Below the pieces are notes generated by a model. It ran no database searches and was not told the DNA's origin. It saw only the letters and a list, made by a program, of their open reading frames with translations. The position numbers and the translations under genes were made by a program. 64,000 nt of DNA from Camelus dromedarius. Lineage: Eukaryota. Shown one piece after another: positions 50,701-64,000 of the stretch; the stretch's first letter is position 1, and each line of letters opens with the position of its first letter. The stretch is from the NCBI RefSeq assembly GCF_036321535.1, contig NC_087436.1, forward strand, positions 86,554,001 to 86,618,000. Reading direction: 5' to 3'.

Positions 50701-51061
50701 AAAACAATTGAGAGCAGTGAGTGGCAGTGCTGGGTCTGCTTAGAGTTCTTGGAAGCAGAGGCCATGGGGAGGGGAGGTGAAGACCCTTCTCTTGCCACTG
50801 TGGCTGCTGGGATCTCGAAGGCCGAGTGGACTCACCGGGAAGAGTGGGAAGCCAGGCTTTCTCCCGCCACCCCAGGCTTAGCTCTGGCATCCCGGCCTTG
50901 GGTGAGGCTTGTCCTGTGTCCCTGAACTTCCAGACCCAGAGCTCCTGGGTTTTCCTTTCTCTCTGACACCAAGGTGCTCAGCCTGGATCCTGTTCCCTAG
51001 GGGCCCAGCTGGAAAAACAGGAGCTAATCCTGTAAACAGAGTCGGATTTAGGATATGGCCC

Positions 51062-51338
51062 CTGGGGGTCACAAACTCAAATGCCTACAGAAACCAGGAA
51101 GGAATTATTTAAAATATGTGAACCATTCAGGTATGAGTCCAAAGGAAGTGGTGAGGCCTCTGGTCAACTGCTGAGAGGGGGTAATATATATACATACCAT
51201 ATATATATATATATATATGGTATCTAAAGGCTTTCAAATTCAATTTAACCCAAAATAAAACAAAAACACCTTGTCCAGTCCAGCAGATTGCTTCAGCCTG
51301 CCTGGTTTGGCCTTGAGAGCCAATAGTTTATGACCCTG
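51062..51338 (+). mobile_element. hAT-Charlie MITE (MER102-like) containing an (AT)n palindrome
   Basis: TIR-like ends ggggtcacaaact and agtttatgaccc. Internal caaactcaaatgcctacag and tctaaaggctttcaaattcaa. Confidence 0.7.
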
Positions 51339-54300
51339 GTAGGCCCCTTCCTTAAACATGTCCATTGGCACCTGTGGCTATGACGCAGAAGAGAGTGAAT
51401 TCCACAGAAGCCTAAAACCAGAGTATTTGCTATAAAGGAGTCCCAATCCATAGGTTAGGGGACAGGGAGTCTAGGATTGCTCTTGGGGTCTACAAAAAGC
51501 ATACCATAAGGATCAAAGGCAGTGCTTTCATCTACAAGCCCTCACCCCTGAACTCCCACGAATCCTTTCTGAACTTCCTAGACCCTGAAGCAAATTTAGG
51601 AAACAGACTTTGAGTCTCATGCGTACGAGCCTTCTTATCTTTCTGGACCTATTTACAGCCCCACGCATGACGAGACTTGTAGGTGAAGGGGCAGCGTGGA
51701 TTCTGAGGACCACTCACATAAAAACTGAGGGCTGGGTTTTTGGGTTTTTTTTTAAATACAGATGCTTAGGCTCTAAATCAATTCACTAAAACAAAAATCT
51801 TGGGCAGGGAGCATCTATTGTCATCCTTAAGTTCCCCAGGTGATTCTTATGGGGGCCATCCTATTTTGACTCTGAACAAGCTCCGCACGTGATCCTTAAA
51901 TTGGCACTACAATTTAAGAACCCTCAAATCCAGCTCAGATGGTGACTCAGCCTGACTTCCACTGTGGAAAACATCCCTCTGCTCCCCGCGTCTTCTCTGC
52001 TGTGTATCCTCGGCAGCTTCCATCTCCTCTGCCTGGTGAGTCCTTAGAAGGAGAGCTTTTGAGAGATTTAATTTCTGTACACCTAGCTGCTGCCCAGGGC
52101 AGGCGTAAGTTGAACTAAACGAAGTGAATTTGCCTTATGTCTTGGCCAGTTCCTAAACATTGTAAGCTGTGATCAAGAAGACCCTGGTTTGGTTTCTGTG
52201 GAAGGGAGTGTGACCCTGCTCATAAGGATGTAAGCTGGCCTCATCTCAGGTTTTGCAGAAAGCAGCACTGTGCTGAGATGGTCGCTGCTCTGGTCAATGA
52301 TCTCCCATGGCTTTTGTAACATTGTTTTAAATATTCTATTTAGCAAGAATCCCAGGGGGGAAAAAAACCTTAGAGTTTGGTGGGCTGGTAAGATGCATTT
52401 TATGGTGCCCTTCAACTCCCAAAAGCCATTTACAGAAAATTGAAGGTTTTGTCATCTTTCCCCAGCCTTTCAAATTTCTAGCTCCTACAGCCCCTGAAGA
52501 TACTTCTCACTTTGTTTCATACTCTGGTGGATGCTGTGTTCATGCCCATGGTGTCATGTCTGAGCGAGTTTTGAGTAGGCGTACAGTCAGTTGGAGCCTT
52601 ACTTTTCAAAGTAGGTAACAGTCCTTTGTTTTTGAGATGCAGTTATCAATAAGACAGCCAGGCACAGTCGCTGGAGGATGACAGGTTCCTAAAACTAGTG
52701 CTACTGCTAGGTATCTGTGTGGCTTCTCAGGAAGTCAGGAAATGCTGCCTTTTTCTAGCTTACAGTCAGATATTCTTGGCTTGGAGCTGGCATCACTATG
52801 AAGAGTATCTGTGCCAGTATCTGGAGAGAAAACTTACTCTTTCCTGACCTCTGTAGAGAGAGCAGCTCTAAGCCAGGAAGGTTCATTCCCCCTGGAGTTT
52901 TATGCTCGGGAAATTAAAATGAGCAACTCCAATTTTGCAACTTGAATCACTCACGGCTGTGGAAGGATGTCTCCTGGAGAAACTGCCAAGAGCAGCAGGA
53001 GTTATGAGGCAGCCCTGTGTGTGTCCTTCCTGGGAAGAGGGGTAGGGTCGGGAGTCAGACACAGAACACCCACCAAGTGTCTCGGGTCCAAGGAGCCCAG
53101 CCACCCACCACTTTCCTAGCAGAACTTTCCCAGGCCAACCTGCAAAACACACCTCTGACAAATTCTCCTGTCTTTGTTGTGGTTCACAGGCCAAAGAGAG
53201 CCTTAAATCACAGCCAGCTGGGCATTCTGGGCTTTCAAGTGAGGAGAGAGCTTGCTTTAGTTTCGTATATCATGCACGAGGCCCTGGCCCGACTTCTCCA
53301 TTTCGCCTTCTCCAGGTAAAGGTCAGGCCGCTGCACCAGCTTCTCCCTGACGGCTTCAGCCAGACTTGGCCATGAACTCCACAGCCTGGGGAAGCATCTC
53401 TTTTCCAGGCTTTGTACTAAACGGAGATCCACACAAGGCACGTCTAGGTTGTTGCTGTAGAATCTTCTTGCATGAATGAGGAGGAAGAGGGGTGAGGGAG
53501 AGGAGCACAGTGGGATGACCTCAGCATCCATTTCCTCCTCACTTCATTTGCGCTGTGTTAACTACTCCCAACACTTTCCAAGTTTAAACCAACAGGGTGA
53601 ACTCTACGAGCTTGCCAGGAAATGCCTTCCAAGTTGAGTCTCAAAGAAATTGTTTCTTTTTCATCAAAATTGAAAAGGATGAAAAAAAAAACCAAAACTG
53701 CTGACCTCTGATTTTTCTTGTGCTATGTTTTGAGAATCTGAAGACGAGTTTAGATTAGGATTTAGAAGGAAGGAGGTAGCGTTTACAGAGGAAATGGGGT
53801 GAAGTGGAGATATCCTACTCCAGTGGTCCAGTCTGGGGGAGCAAAGCCAGAGCCCATCTGGGTTCAGTGATTCTCAGGGTCTTTCAAAGCATTGCAGCTC
53901 AGCACATGTCTCATAGGGCATTTTTCCTTAAATCTACAAACTTGTGTATTTGGAAGGAAATTGAAGCCGCATGTTCCCGATTCATTTACACTTAACTCAT
54001 CAAAACGGTGCTTTGTAATGATTCTGTGTCCAAAGACCATAGTGATCCTGTTTAATGGTCTTATTTTTTTCTCCTTGGGAATTAACCAGTTCTCTTTGAC
54101 CAGCGGTAAAGCAAGCCATTTGCTTTCTGGTCCCAGTCCCAAACCATTTGATTTCTGATCTAAATGCAAAACTCAGGGGGCTTCAAGGCACCACTCCAAT
54201 GCTTGGGAATTTGTGTCTACCTTTCTTGGTGTCACATAACTATGTCTGGTGGATGAAAGACAAAGTGAGCTTTTTGTAGGGGGGTGTTGTTACTGGTGGG

Positions 54301-54349
54301 GTTTTTGTTTGTTTGTTTTAACCATCAGGCCTCACTGATTACTTTGTGT

Positions 54350-54710
54350 TTGATTTTTATTTTTAACTTTTTATAATGAAAATCTCAATGGAAAAGTGGA
54401 GTGTAAGGAATTCCCCATGTACCCTAATACCCATCTCCAATAATTTATGATTCATGGGTATCTTTTTTGATTTATATCCTCCTTTGAAGCAAATCTCAAG
54501 CATAGTTAATCTGCAAACATTTTAATATTTATCTCTAAAGGATAAGGATTCTTAAATGTAACCATAACACTAATATCACACCAAAACAACCACACTTCCT
54601 TAATATCAAATAATCAGTTCAAACTCCCTGTTGACTCATAACTTTTTATTTAGCTCATGATTCAAACAAACTATAAAGTTTACACATTGCAACTGGATGC
54701 CGTATCGCTC
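54350..54710 (-). mobile_element. Old L1MC-type 3' end
   Basis: ttttataatgaaaatctcaa...gaagcaaatctcaagcat...tatctctaaaggataaggattctt. Confidence 0.7.
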
Positions 54711-55979
54711 AAGTCCTCCCAACTCCCTCTGACTCCACTGAAGCAAAAGAGTTCTTGAGATAAATTCTGAGGAAAATAGCTTTGGCAAACTCCAAATAAC
54801 TGGGTTAGTAGCTGAAAAAGAGAGAAATGCTGCAATTATTTTAATTTACTATCAAGTTGAGGGAAGACAAGATCAAAAACACTGAAGAATGTGTGAATTT
54901 AACTAATTTTGACCAAAATGGGGTTTTTTGATGATGTCACACAGAAGCTTTAAGAGGGAGAAGTTAAAGGGGATGGGAAGTATCTGCTCCCTAAGGTGAT
55001 AATCTCCCAACTTCTTTCATCACAGACCTATATCAATAAACTTGTTCATATGTGTGACATATGTATAATTCTCTATAAATTACATGCATGTATAACAAGA
55101 CATACAAAAATATTAAAGGGTCAGAAGATTCTACATAAGAGTTCTATTACAGTCCCCCCACATTCCTCATGGGTGTCATCACTTTGGAGACCACTGCGGA
55201 GGAGCAGGCTCTCAGGACTGGTTGGCATCAGAACACAACCCCTTCATTAAAGTAAACAGAGGACATTTCCCACTACCAGTCTGTGGGATTGGCCTTGGAA
55301 GGAACGGGGCAGGAAATGGCCCATGTCTGCAGGCCAACAACAACTTGCGGGCAAGAACCAGACATCTTTTCTCTTAGTTATTTTCCCCCTTTTTGACCAT
55401 CATTCCTTCATTTACATGGCCCATGTGTTCCCCACTCTCTTTCAGCTTTCTTTACCCTCGACCACACCTGCTTTCATAAATGCCAAGAGTGGGTCCTGTG
55501 GGGAGGGTCCAGGGTTGTGAAACTTGAAGCATTTAGAACTTGAGTCCTCTTTTCAAAAAAAAAAAACCCACGATCATGAATTCACAGTTGCTAGGTCCCC
55601 AGCCAGGTTCTCAGAGGGGCTCATGCATGCCTTGAAGTATAATCATCAGTCTTACAGTAACCCCCTTTGCTGCATGAGCACTGAAATATCAACTGTGTAT
55701 CTGCATGTTCCCCTCCCTCCTTATTTCTCATTCTCCTTTATTTCCCTACAGAACCAGCTCTGGGAATTCTGGTGCCCCTCTAAGCCCACTTCTCCTATGT
55801 TTAACTCTTGTATGTCCGGAGCTAGAACAGTCTTCTGGATGCACCCTCTTCCTTCATAGCAGTTCTACCCGGAAGAGGAAGAGGGAGGTAGGAGCCAGGG
55901 CCCCACGACCATGAGTAAGCCCTTTTGTCTTCCTGAGAACCATAATCAAGTGGCCCACTGAAAGGTTGGAGGTGAGATA

Positions 55980-56220
55980 GATAACTTGGTGATTAAAGGC
56001 ACATGCTCTGGGGTTGGGCTGACTCAGTTTCTGCCAGCTGGGAAACCTTGGGCAATTTACTTAACCTCTCTGAGCTTTTCTCATCTATAAATGGGGGTGG
56101 TAACACCTATTTCAGATTGTTGTGAGTATTGAATGCAATTATATAAAACATTTAATGCAATTCCTGGTACATATCCAACCCTGAAATGACAGATTTCATT
56201 ATTAGTAATAGCAGTAGTTA
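55980..56220 (+). mobile_element. MIR SINE
   Basis: ccttgggcaatttacttaacctctctgagc...catctataaatgggg. Confidence 0.8.
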
Positions 56221-57319
56221 TAAGAATACTTCATCAATTCTAAGACACTAAATAGGAGGCAGGCTGTATCTTATTCATGATGCCATACAAAGATAATGGA
56301 CAGTGCCTTTTTTTCCTAGTTCTGTAAAATAATGGTGTACCTACAATAGATGGAATCCGATTTAATGAAATTTGATAATAACTAAACTTCATCCTTGGTG
56401 AGCAGGGACAGGCTGAGATCAGGAAAATGGAGTTGCTGCCACCACATATTCCTTCCTTTCTTCCCTCCCTCACTGAAAAGGCAGCTAAGTGACTTGCCTG
56501 AGCTGAGAAAGGGGTGATTAGCATCTCAAGGTGAAGCCTGGGGGAGAGGCCTGAACCATTTGTCAGTGGACCATGCCCCCCCTCCCCCGCCACTGCTCCA
56601 CCTCCACAGATGGGTCCTCTCTGGACTGTCTCCTACCCTTCCTCCCTGGAGTCATTCCTCACTTAGCTCCTTGTCTTGATACCTTGACCTGCATCTCCTA
56701 CTTCCTTCCTCTCTTCCTTTCCTACCCACCTTCCCTCTTTCCCAACTTAAGGAAGGCTGGATCTAGCATGTTATTTGGCTGGTGGACTCTGTGGCCCAGA
56801 ACTGTAGTTTTTGTAGAGTCAAAGGGGGCTGTGGAGATGATCCAGCCTGATCTGGCCATTTTATAGAAGCAGAAACTGAGGCCTAGTAATTCACCCAAAT
56901 GACTCAGTCCTGCCAGTAACAAGCTATGTTACCTGGAACAAGTCATGACACTTTGAGGGAAACAATGATAATGCATTCATTATTTTAATGTGTCCTCAGG
57001 AAACCATAAAACTAGAGGTAGTTGTTAAAACTTCAAACTAACAGCTTTGGGCAAAGTGATGCCATAGATGTGATAAAATGATGCACGTGACCACACACAT
57101 TGCCTATTAGGAATTGTGTGTCCTCTGAGGGTGTGTGACCATCTGGGCATGCTCAGAGAATGCAATTTTGTACAAATGCAACCTGGGGCCATCTGACAAT
57201 AATAAAGCTTTACATTTGCATATGGCATTCCAAGGATTTTCATATAATTCCAAGGATTTCATATCCAAAGATTGGGGGCAGAGAGGCAGGGCAGAACACA
57301 ATCATGAAGCAGTTACAGG

Positions 57320-57690
57320 CTTCAGCTGATCATGATTAAAACCGTGGCCTCTGAAGTGACTTAGATCTGAGTTCAAGTTCTGGTGCATCACTTATCAGCT
57401 GTGTAACCTCAGATAGATTAATTACTTATCCTCAGCTGGGCCTCAAGCCTCTCATCCTTAGATCAGTTCTTAACCATATTCTTACCCCATGAGGTAGGTA
57501 CTTAAATATACACATGAAGCACTTAGTAAATGCTTGGGACAGCATAAGGACACTGCAAACATTAGCCCTGGTAATGATAGATGAGCTACTTCATTTGAAC
57601 CTCATAGCAAATGCAGTGAATGCCCATCTTCTTGATGAGAAAATTAAGATTTATTGAGGTTAAGGAAGCTCCCCTAGACGATCCAGCCAG
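57320..57690. mobile_element. MIR fragments in both orientations
   Basis: gatctgagttcaagttctgg...cacttatcagctgtgtaacctc (+) and gatgagaaaattaag...tgaggttaagg (-). Confidence 0.6.
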
Positions 57691-59319
57691 CCTGGAATGT
57701 AGGCATCCCGATACTAGGACCAGGGCGTTTTTCTCCACTGCCTCTCCTTTGTTGCCATGGAGATGGTGTTGCTGAGGTGTATCTCAGGTTGCTCCAGGCC
57801 TTTGCAATTCATTAGAGCCAGGCTGGGGGTCTGAGATGGATTCTGAACCCAGAAAGTAAATTGCTTTATGGATGAAATCTTTCTGGGTGAAACATTTGGG
57901 TCGTTTCTCTGGCCATTTAAAACTAAGCTGGAGACCGAGCTTTCTATCCTGTACAACTTTTTTTTTTTTTTCCCACTGGAGTGAGGCATAAGGGGGCAGA
58001 CTACAAGGGGTCCTAAAGACGTTCTTTAAAGTGGTTAGCCAAAAATGTTTTTTGGACTCATGAGCTAATTGATTATAGATTAAAAAGGATCAAAGGGATT
58101 CTGATGATTCCAGATACATCTGGAATAACCCTTCCCTCCAAGATGCTGCTACAGTTGTTATTAAAAAACATCTGGGCACCATCAAAAGTGGAAGCCTCCT
58201 CCACCCTGCTCTCCCCGTGAGACAAACCCTGTGAAAGTCTGAAATGTCATCAGGGATGTGCAGGTTACATAATGTATGATCACGAGCATAGACCTGCCCC
58301 TTACTAGGGGCGTATCTTTGGGCAGCTGCCCTAACTTCTCCGAGAGCAGCCTTACAGGGTGAGTGAGGACCAGGTGAGGTCATGTAGCCCCAGTACCGTG
58401 TCTGCCACATGAGCATTAATGACCAAGGGTAGCTCTTTTTATACTTCTGTCTTTGCTACACTACAAGCCAACTTCCTTTCTTTGCTCCCTGCACATTTTT
58501 CTCTTTAAAAAAGATACCCATGTGGTGTCGGTGTCTGATAACTGAAGGCTCCTCCCTGAAGAGGTAACCCCTCTTTTGGTCTCCTTGGATTCTACTCAGG
58601 ACAGCAGCCCAACCCCATCAGGGAATGATAACTCCTTTTAACATTACAAAAGAATGACTAACCCCCTGAGAGGTACTGATTCTCCATAAAAAGCCCCCAA
58701 ACACTTGGTCTGTTTCAGAGAATTAAAAAGTCCAAATGGCAACTGGACAGGAATGGTGTCAAATACAGGACTAGGGAAGGTGAAGGAGACAAAGAAAAAG
58801 TGTTCTCTGCAACTCAGGTATAGTTTAATTACAAAATAACCAGAGAGCTTAGGCTATGGTCAATCTTTTTTTTTAATCCTCCGTTCAGCTGCTTGGTATC
58901 AGTAAAGAAAGCATCGGGGCGATGAATTTGTTTTCCACGTTTCAGTTGGATTCTTTGCTCATACATCCATCTCTTACTTTCTTGGTGTGGTTGGATCAAG
59001 ACACATAGACCTCAAAGGAGCCCAGTGATTGGGTTCTCCTTCAGATTCTTTAACATTTCACAAAAGCAAGGAATTTCCGTTCATTAAAATGATACCTTAC
59101 AGAAACAGACTGACAGCTTGATCCAGTAGACATAAATTAATATTCTGAAAAAAATCCAGCAAGACACTTCTCAATTCTTAGAAGTCCTTATCCCCTGTTT
59201 ATCATTTTGTTTTATAAGTGATTTTTTTCCCCAAATGAGACAACCATTGGTAGATGAATTAGTGTGCTTTTAGTTAATAATAAAAAGAACGCCTTCATTT
59301 GTGGGAAGTGCATAGTTTA

Positions 59320-59550
59320 ATAGCAAATACTTATTGAGCACCTATGACATGTCAGGCATGCTTTAGGCCCTGAGGATTCTGCAGTACATATTCCAGTGAG
59401 AGGGCATATTGTATATAAAATGGAAGTAAGTGGTGTGAAATCAAACAGCACCTCCGTACTCTGGTTTCTTGATATAAGAAGGTCTCTTTTATATAAAGGA
59501 AGTGGCACTTAAGCAGAAACTAGAAGGCAGTGAGGGAGGGAGCCATGAGG
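59320..59550 (-). mobile_element. L2 3' end
   Basis: gcaaatacttattgagcacctatgacatgtcaggcatgctttaggccctgaggattc. Confidence 0.75.
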
Positions 59551-62500
59551 GCATCTGGTATCCAGCCAAGCGTGGACTTTGGAGCTGGGCTGTGCTGTTT
59601 GCAAACCCTAGATCTAGCACTTTCTATCGTTCTGCCTCACGTGGCCTTAACCTCTGTGGCCTCGGTTGTCTTCTCTGTGATGTGCAAATGCTGGTTCCTA
59701 CAGCCCAGGACTCCCACAGAAAAGGGTGGGTGTCTGGGTGGGCCGGGTGCAGGTGGGTTCCTGCTACTTCTGCTTTCATCTTTGCCGGCTTATTCCTGAA
59801 GCAGGGGGAGTTTTACCTGGTTAACGTCACTCTCGGTCACATGCTCTGAATATAGTTTTCAATAAAATCTCAAATACCAGTGGCCTTCCTCTTCACACAC
59901 CCACCCCCCTTGCTCAGTGTGAATTTATGTTTAATTTTCTCATTCCCAAATTGTATTGCTTTCTAAATATCTCCATTCTGTTCATATCGCTCTCTGTTTT
60001 CAGTGGATTCTCTCTAATTGCAGATGTGTCTGTGTCTAACCTAATTTATTTACTTTTCTTCCTCCTGTTTCACGTCTCCCCACCTGAGTGCCATTCATAA
60101 ACTTTGTAACACCCTGTCCTGGCTCATCCGTCAGGGTCTAGATGAAGACTTACGTGTTGGGGGATTGTTAAGACACCTTCTGAAACACCTCCCTATGACT
60201 GGGCTTAATACCGTGTTTGTTTGAGATTTCTGTCCATTTTCAGCTCCTCCCCTCTTTTGAGTCTTTAATAGTGAAAATAAAATCTTTCCCAAGATGCTAA
60301 ATGTTCAACTTAGTGCTGCCCCCGCCCCCATCCCTTTATAGGTTTATAACTACAGTGAGAACTGTATTGAAGTCTTCACAATCATCTCAGACTCATCTGT
60401 GGTCATTTAAATGCAGACTGTTCTTGCTCATTCATCCCTGGTATCCTGAACTCTTTAAATTTTGCTTCCCTAATATTCCACATTTTTTAAACCAACAATT
60501 GCATATACCATACACTAATTTTTCACTACCCTTTCCTTCTGTTTTCTTTCTCCATCACTATCACGTGGTGTTGGTCTTTTTCCAATCTTCTGACATCCCC
60601 CTGTGTGCAAGATAATTTTTCAGAAATAATTATTCATCTTTACTGCACCATTGTTCAGTAAACATATTAGTCAAATTCTTTTATTCCCCGGGGATACATG
60701 TCATCTGGAGCAGCTGATTTATGTGTACGTGTGTTTGCCAAATATTCCTTTACCTATTTTTTCTTTTGTCCAAACTTATCTGTGCAAGTTTAATTCTCCA
60801 AATTTTTATTTATACTTTAAAAGATATTTTTAAAGGAGTTGAGCATTTCATGTGTTAACATTTTCAGTGTTTGCCTCTTTTAAAAATTTAGATCTGTGTT
60901 CTTTCAAGCTTCTTGGCCTATTTTATTTTTTATGACTAGGGCTGAGCTTACAGATTTTAAAGCTATTACTAAGTGTTAAGGCCTTCTGTTTCAATTCATG
61001 TATATTTTTCTCTGTTGAGCTTAATAAAGTCCATTGTCTGAGTATCTTACTGTTAAGTCTTCAGGACTGTTTGGTGATCCTAAGAGCTTCTGACATGCAA
61101 CTGAATAGATGTTCGCTTTTTCCATTACACATAAATGGTTAGAGACTGGAATTAAAGAATGATGAACTATAAATTTCTTTCAGAAAAAAAGCAGTGGAAC
61201 ATGCTGATCAGCTTCTTAGAAACCACCACATCTCATCTTCCCAAAGTGTAGAACTTTCCACTATGTGAATAGTTTGGCACAAATCATTCGTTCTTTTCCT
61301 CAGAGAAATCATGTTATTCCACCCTGCCTCTTTAACATGACCTTGCCAAGTCAACATGATTTTAGAGAGCATTTTGCTGAAGTTTATTCTGTATCCTGAC
61401 TCCGCTGACACCTCCACCCACCCACTGGAGAATCCTGAGGTCATAGAACGCGTATTCCTGCCAGTTATTTTTAGATTCTAATCCAACGCCCTTATTTTAC
61501 CAAAGACAAATGTTTGACCCCAATAAGGGAGGACACAAATCTGTAACCACCCTTTGCCAATGACTCCAACAGAAGGCTCTGTTTCTAGTGCAGTAACCCT
61601 TATTCATGAGCTTTACAAGCTGGTGTGGTACTGACTTGGGGGTTGGTGGTAAGACTCCGTTTAAGGGGAGCCCCTTTTCATTTGGAGCTGTTGGCACGAA
61701 CAGTGTAGTGGCTGTGCCGTTTTATCTTAGTCAAATGGCATTGGATTTGGTGTTGATTAGTAGACTGAGCAAAAAGAATTAGAGCAACTCAAAATGCTAA
61801 ATTTCCAGTTTTAGCCACACGGCCAACTCAACCTTTGGCATGGGTGACCCATGCAAGGGTGGCAGAAATTAATTCTAACTCCAGCTAGTGTCAGAGGAGC
61901 AGGCAGCCTCGCTGTGTGGACCCCCAGTGTGGGCCCCCATGCCACTTGTGAGAAGCAACTGTCACTGCCCTCTGAAAGCACACTCTTGAAACACGTGGTG
62001 AACAGTGGCTTTGATATAGCATCGGTTTTCAGTAACAAAAACCTTGGTATTTGGAGGCTTCTGTATATATACATCCTAAGGGATCAGAGCAGGGGTTAAA
62101 CCAAACAAGTTAGGACTGAATCGTTTTCTACAAATGAAAGAATGTTTGTATGAAGCATGCCTATGCTACTAGAAGAAAAATGTCAAAGTTCTAAAATGTT
62201 ATTTACCAAAGTTCTAAAATCTTATGCTTAAAACGAGTCCTTTGAAAAGGAGGAACTGGGGAACAAGTGTGCATTTTATCAGCCCAGGCATATCTCAGTG
62301 GGTGAATATTTATATTCTCCTTTTTATGGATGGGAGTAAAATCATGTCCCCACTTCTTGAGATTCTGTGTGGTTGGAGGACCAGAAGGGTAGGGAATACT
62401 GCTAGGGACCTTCCACAAGGGGACAGTGACATTTCTCTAGTCCAGACTCAAGCCTCGGGCAGCTTTGCTTGACAGAGGGCCCTTGTGGCCCCATTTGTGC

Positions 62501-64000
62501 CAGAAGGTGCCCTTAACTCGTGTGGTTTCTGTAAAGCACCAGAGCTTCTTTGATGAAGCAGGATGGTTACATGGCTGATCGGATTTTAGTCAGGAAATCT
62601 ACTTTATTTAAAGTAAAAAAAAAAAAATTGAAACAGATTAAGCCCTTGGAACTGACCCCACTTTCAGTGGGACCAAGTTCATTTCATCCTCTTTCTGGAT
62701 CCCCTTCAGCCAGGCGGACGCCAGGACTTGGCCAGGTAAAACTGCACGAATGTGCATCGGCTGTTTGGCTCTGTCCCTCTGATTACTTCCAGAAGCTGCA
62801 GAACTTGTTGTCCCTACTGAGGGTCTTCGGTTACCTTATTTTTTTTCTCTCTCTCTACTCCCAAAGGGTCCTTGTTCCAATGTGTTCATGTTTGCCTTTT
62901 CTGGCCATGTGAAAATAATGAGACTGGACGCTAATGGTGCCTACATTTTGAATTTTTGTCTTGTGTCCCCAGTGAGTTGTACACCTGTGAGTTTGAAGGC
63001 TCTTTCAATCACAGCTTTTGAATCACAGATGAATCAAGACCGGGGCTACGTGGGGGAAGAGCTTTTAACCAAACAAATGACATGCCATGACACCAGGCTT
63101 AAGCCATCTGGCAGAGCAAGCGGATTGACTGATTTTTCTAAAATGGAAGACCTACTCAGATTAATTATACCTGAGTTGCAATTTAGTGGTTTTCCAGAGA
63201 TGAACCCTAATCCATTCAGAAAAGAAGTGCATGGGTTCTGGTCTCATACCTCACCTCCAGTAACGTGTGTCTCTTCCCTGCATTTCACCTGGACTTGGTA
63301 GGAGCCCCAAATGCAGCAGAACTCGAAGGAAAAGTGGTTGTAAGTAGCAGAAGACAGTGCTGCCGGAAATGTTTTTCTGTTACTGCTGATCCCGGCTCTT
63401 AGGCTTGAAGATGAGGTCCCACTCAACACAGTGGTTTTGTGGCCAGTCTAGTAGACAAGGGTGCAGGTGAAGCCCAGAAACCATAGAGTCCCAGCCCTGG
63501 GAGCCATCCAGACGTCCACCCTTAGGGCCCGGGTGTTACTCACCTTCCCTTTCTCTGTGTTCTGGCTGCTGGGCTTGGGAGTGGGTTTTTGATGGGGTTT
63601 TGTGATTGGTGGTGGTTTTTTTAATGAGACATTTATATTTAGCCAATGGCTGATTGAAACCAATTGCTATGCAAATTTCTTTACATACTTTGTGTCCCCT
63701 AATAGTTCACATCCTGAATGAGACTAGAGAAGCAATCACTGTAGGCAAGCCCCACTCAGCCTTCGGATGCTGTCTCGGATCACCCAGGTCACTGCCTTCC
63801 CCATATCATCATCTGAAAGAAGGAACTGGATGGATCAGATTGTGTATTTTATGAAGCAAGAGTGCTACTCATTGAAAGCTCTTTCCATTTTCAGTGACAA
63901 AGACCTTTTCTTACTTGGCTGTGTGGCAGAGTGTGGTTTGGTGAGACTCCATCAGGCGCGGAGGTAGTGCAAAGGAAGGTGCTCAGGGCTGCCCACTTCT

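Noticed and set aside
62184..62220. Direct repeat CAAAGTTCTAAAAT x2 (also TAGGAATATTC x2 at 22799-22826)
   Set aside because: Simple local slippage duplications with no array structure.
63535..63550. Perfect minus-strand donor AAG|GTGAGT
   Set aside because: An isolated signal with no supported exon; expected by chance in 64 kb.
48031..64000. Shared LNX1 exon 3 (expected to begin CKGASHYG-like)
   Set aside because: No such peptide was seen in the ORF track or by eye. It probably lies beyond the window.
1..64000. CRISPR arrays, operons, rRNA or prokaryotic defence systems
   Set aside because: The sequence is mammalian intron/intergenic DNA. No repeat-spacer arrays or long intact ORFs were seen.

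Overview
This is mammalian genomic DNA, probably camelid, judged from tRNA-Ala-derived vic-1-like SINEs and young L1 3' ends. It covers the 5' part of LNX1 (ligand of Numb protein X 1, a RING/PDZ E3 ligase) on the + strand. Two coding exons are supported. The p80 RING exon (CDS 39485-39876) encodes a Zn-RING-Zn module. The alternative p70 first exon (CDS 47939-48030) encodes MKALLLLVLPWLSPANYIDNVGHLHFLYSEL. Both end in phase 2, which fits splicing to a shared downstream exon that I did not find in this window. A likely non-coding first exon and promoter lies at about 21.3-21.7 kb, with a second CpG-rich element at about 19.2-19.5 kb. The rest is intron or intergenic sequence rich in L1, L2, MIR, CR1/L3, MaLR/ERV LTRs and hAT MITEs, including several nested insertions with readable TSDs. 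Most ORF-track entries are spurious. I found no convincing new multi-gene system. The best leads are regulatory: a recursive-splice-like AG|GT at the RING exon, uORFs and a signal-peptide-like leader in p70, a recurrent TCCCGAGAA motif, and a promoter-like patch after the RING exon. There is also an atypical internally deleted L1 endonuclease micro-insertion. Repeat subfamily names and human/mouse comparisons come from recall, not from a search.
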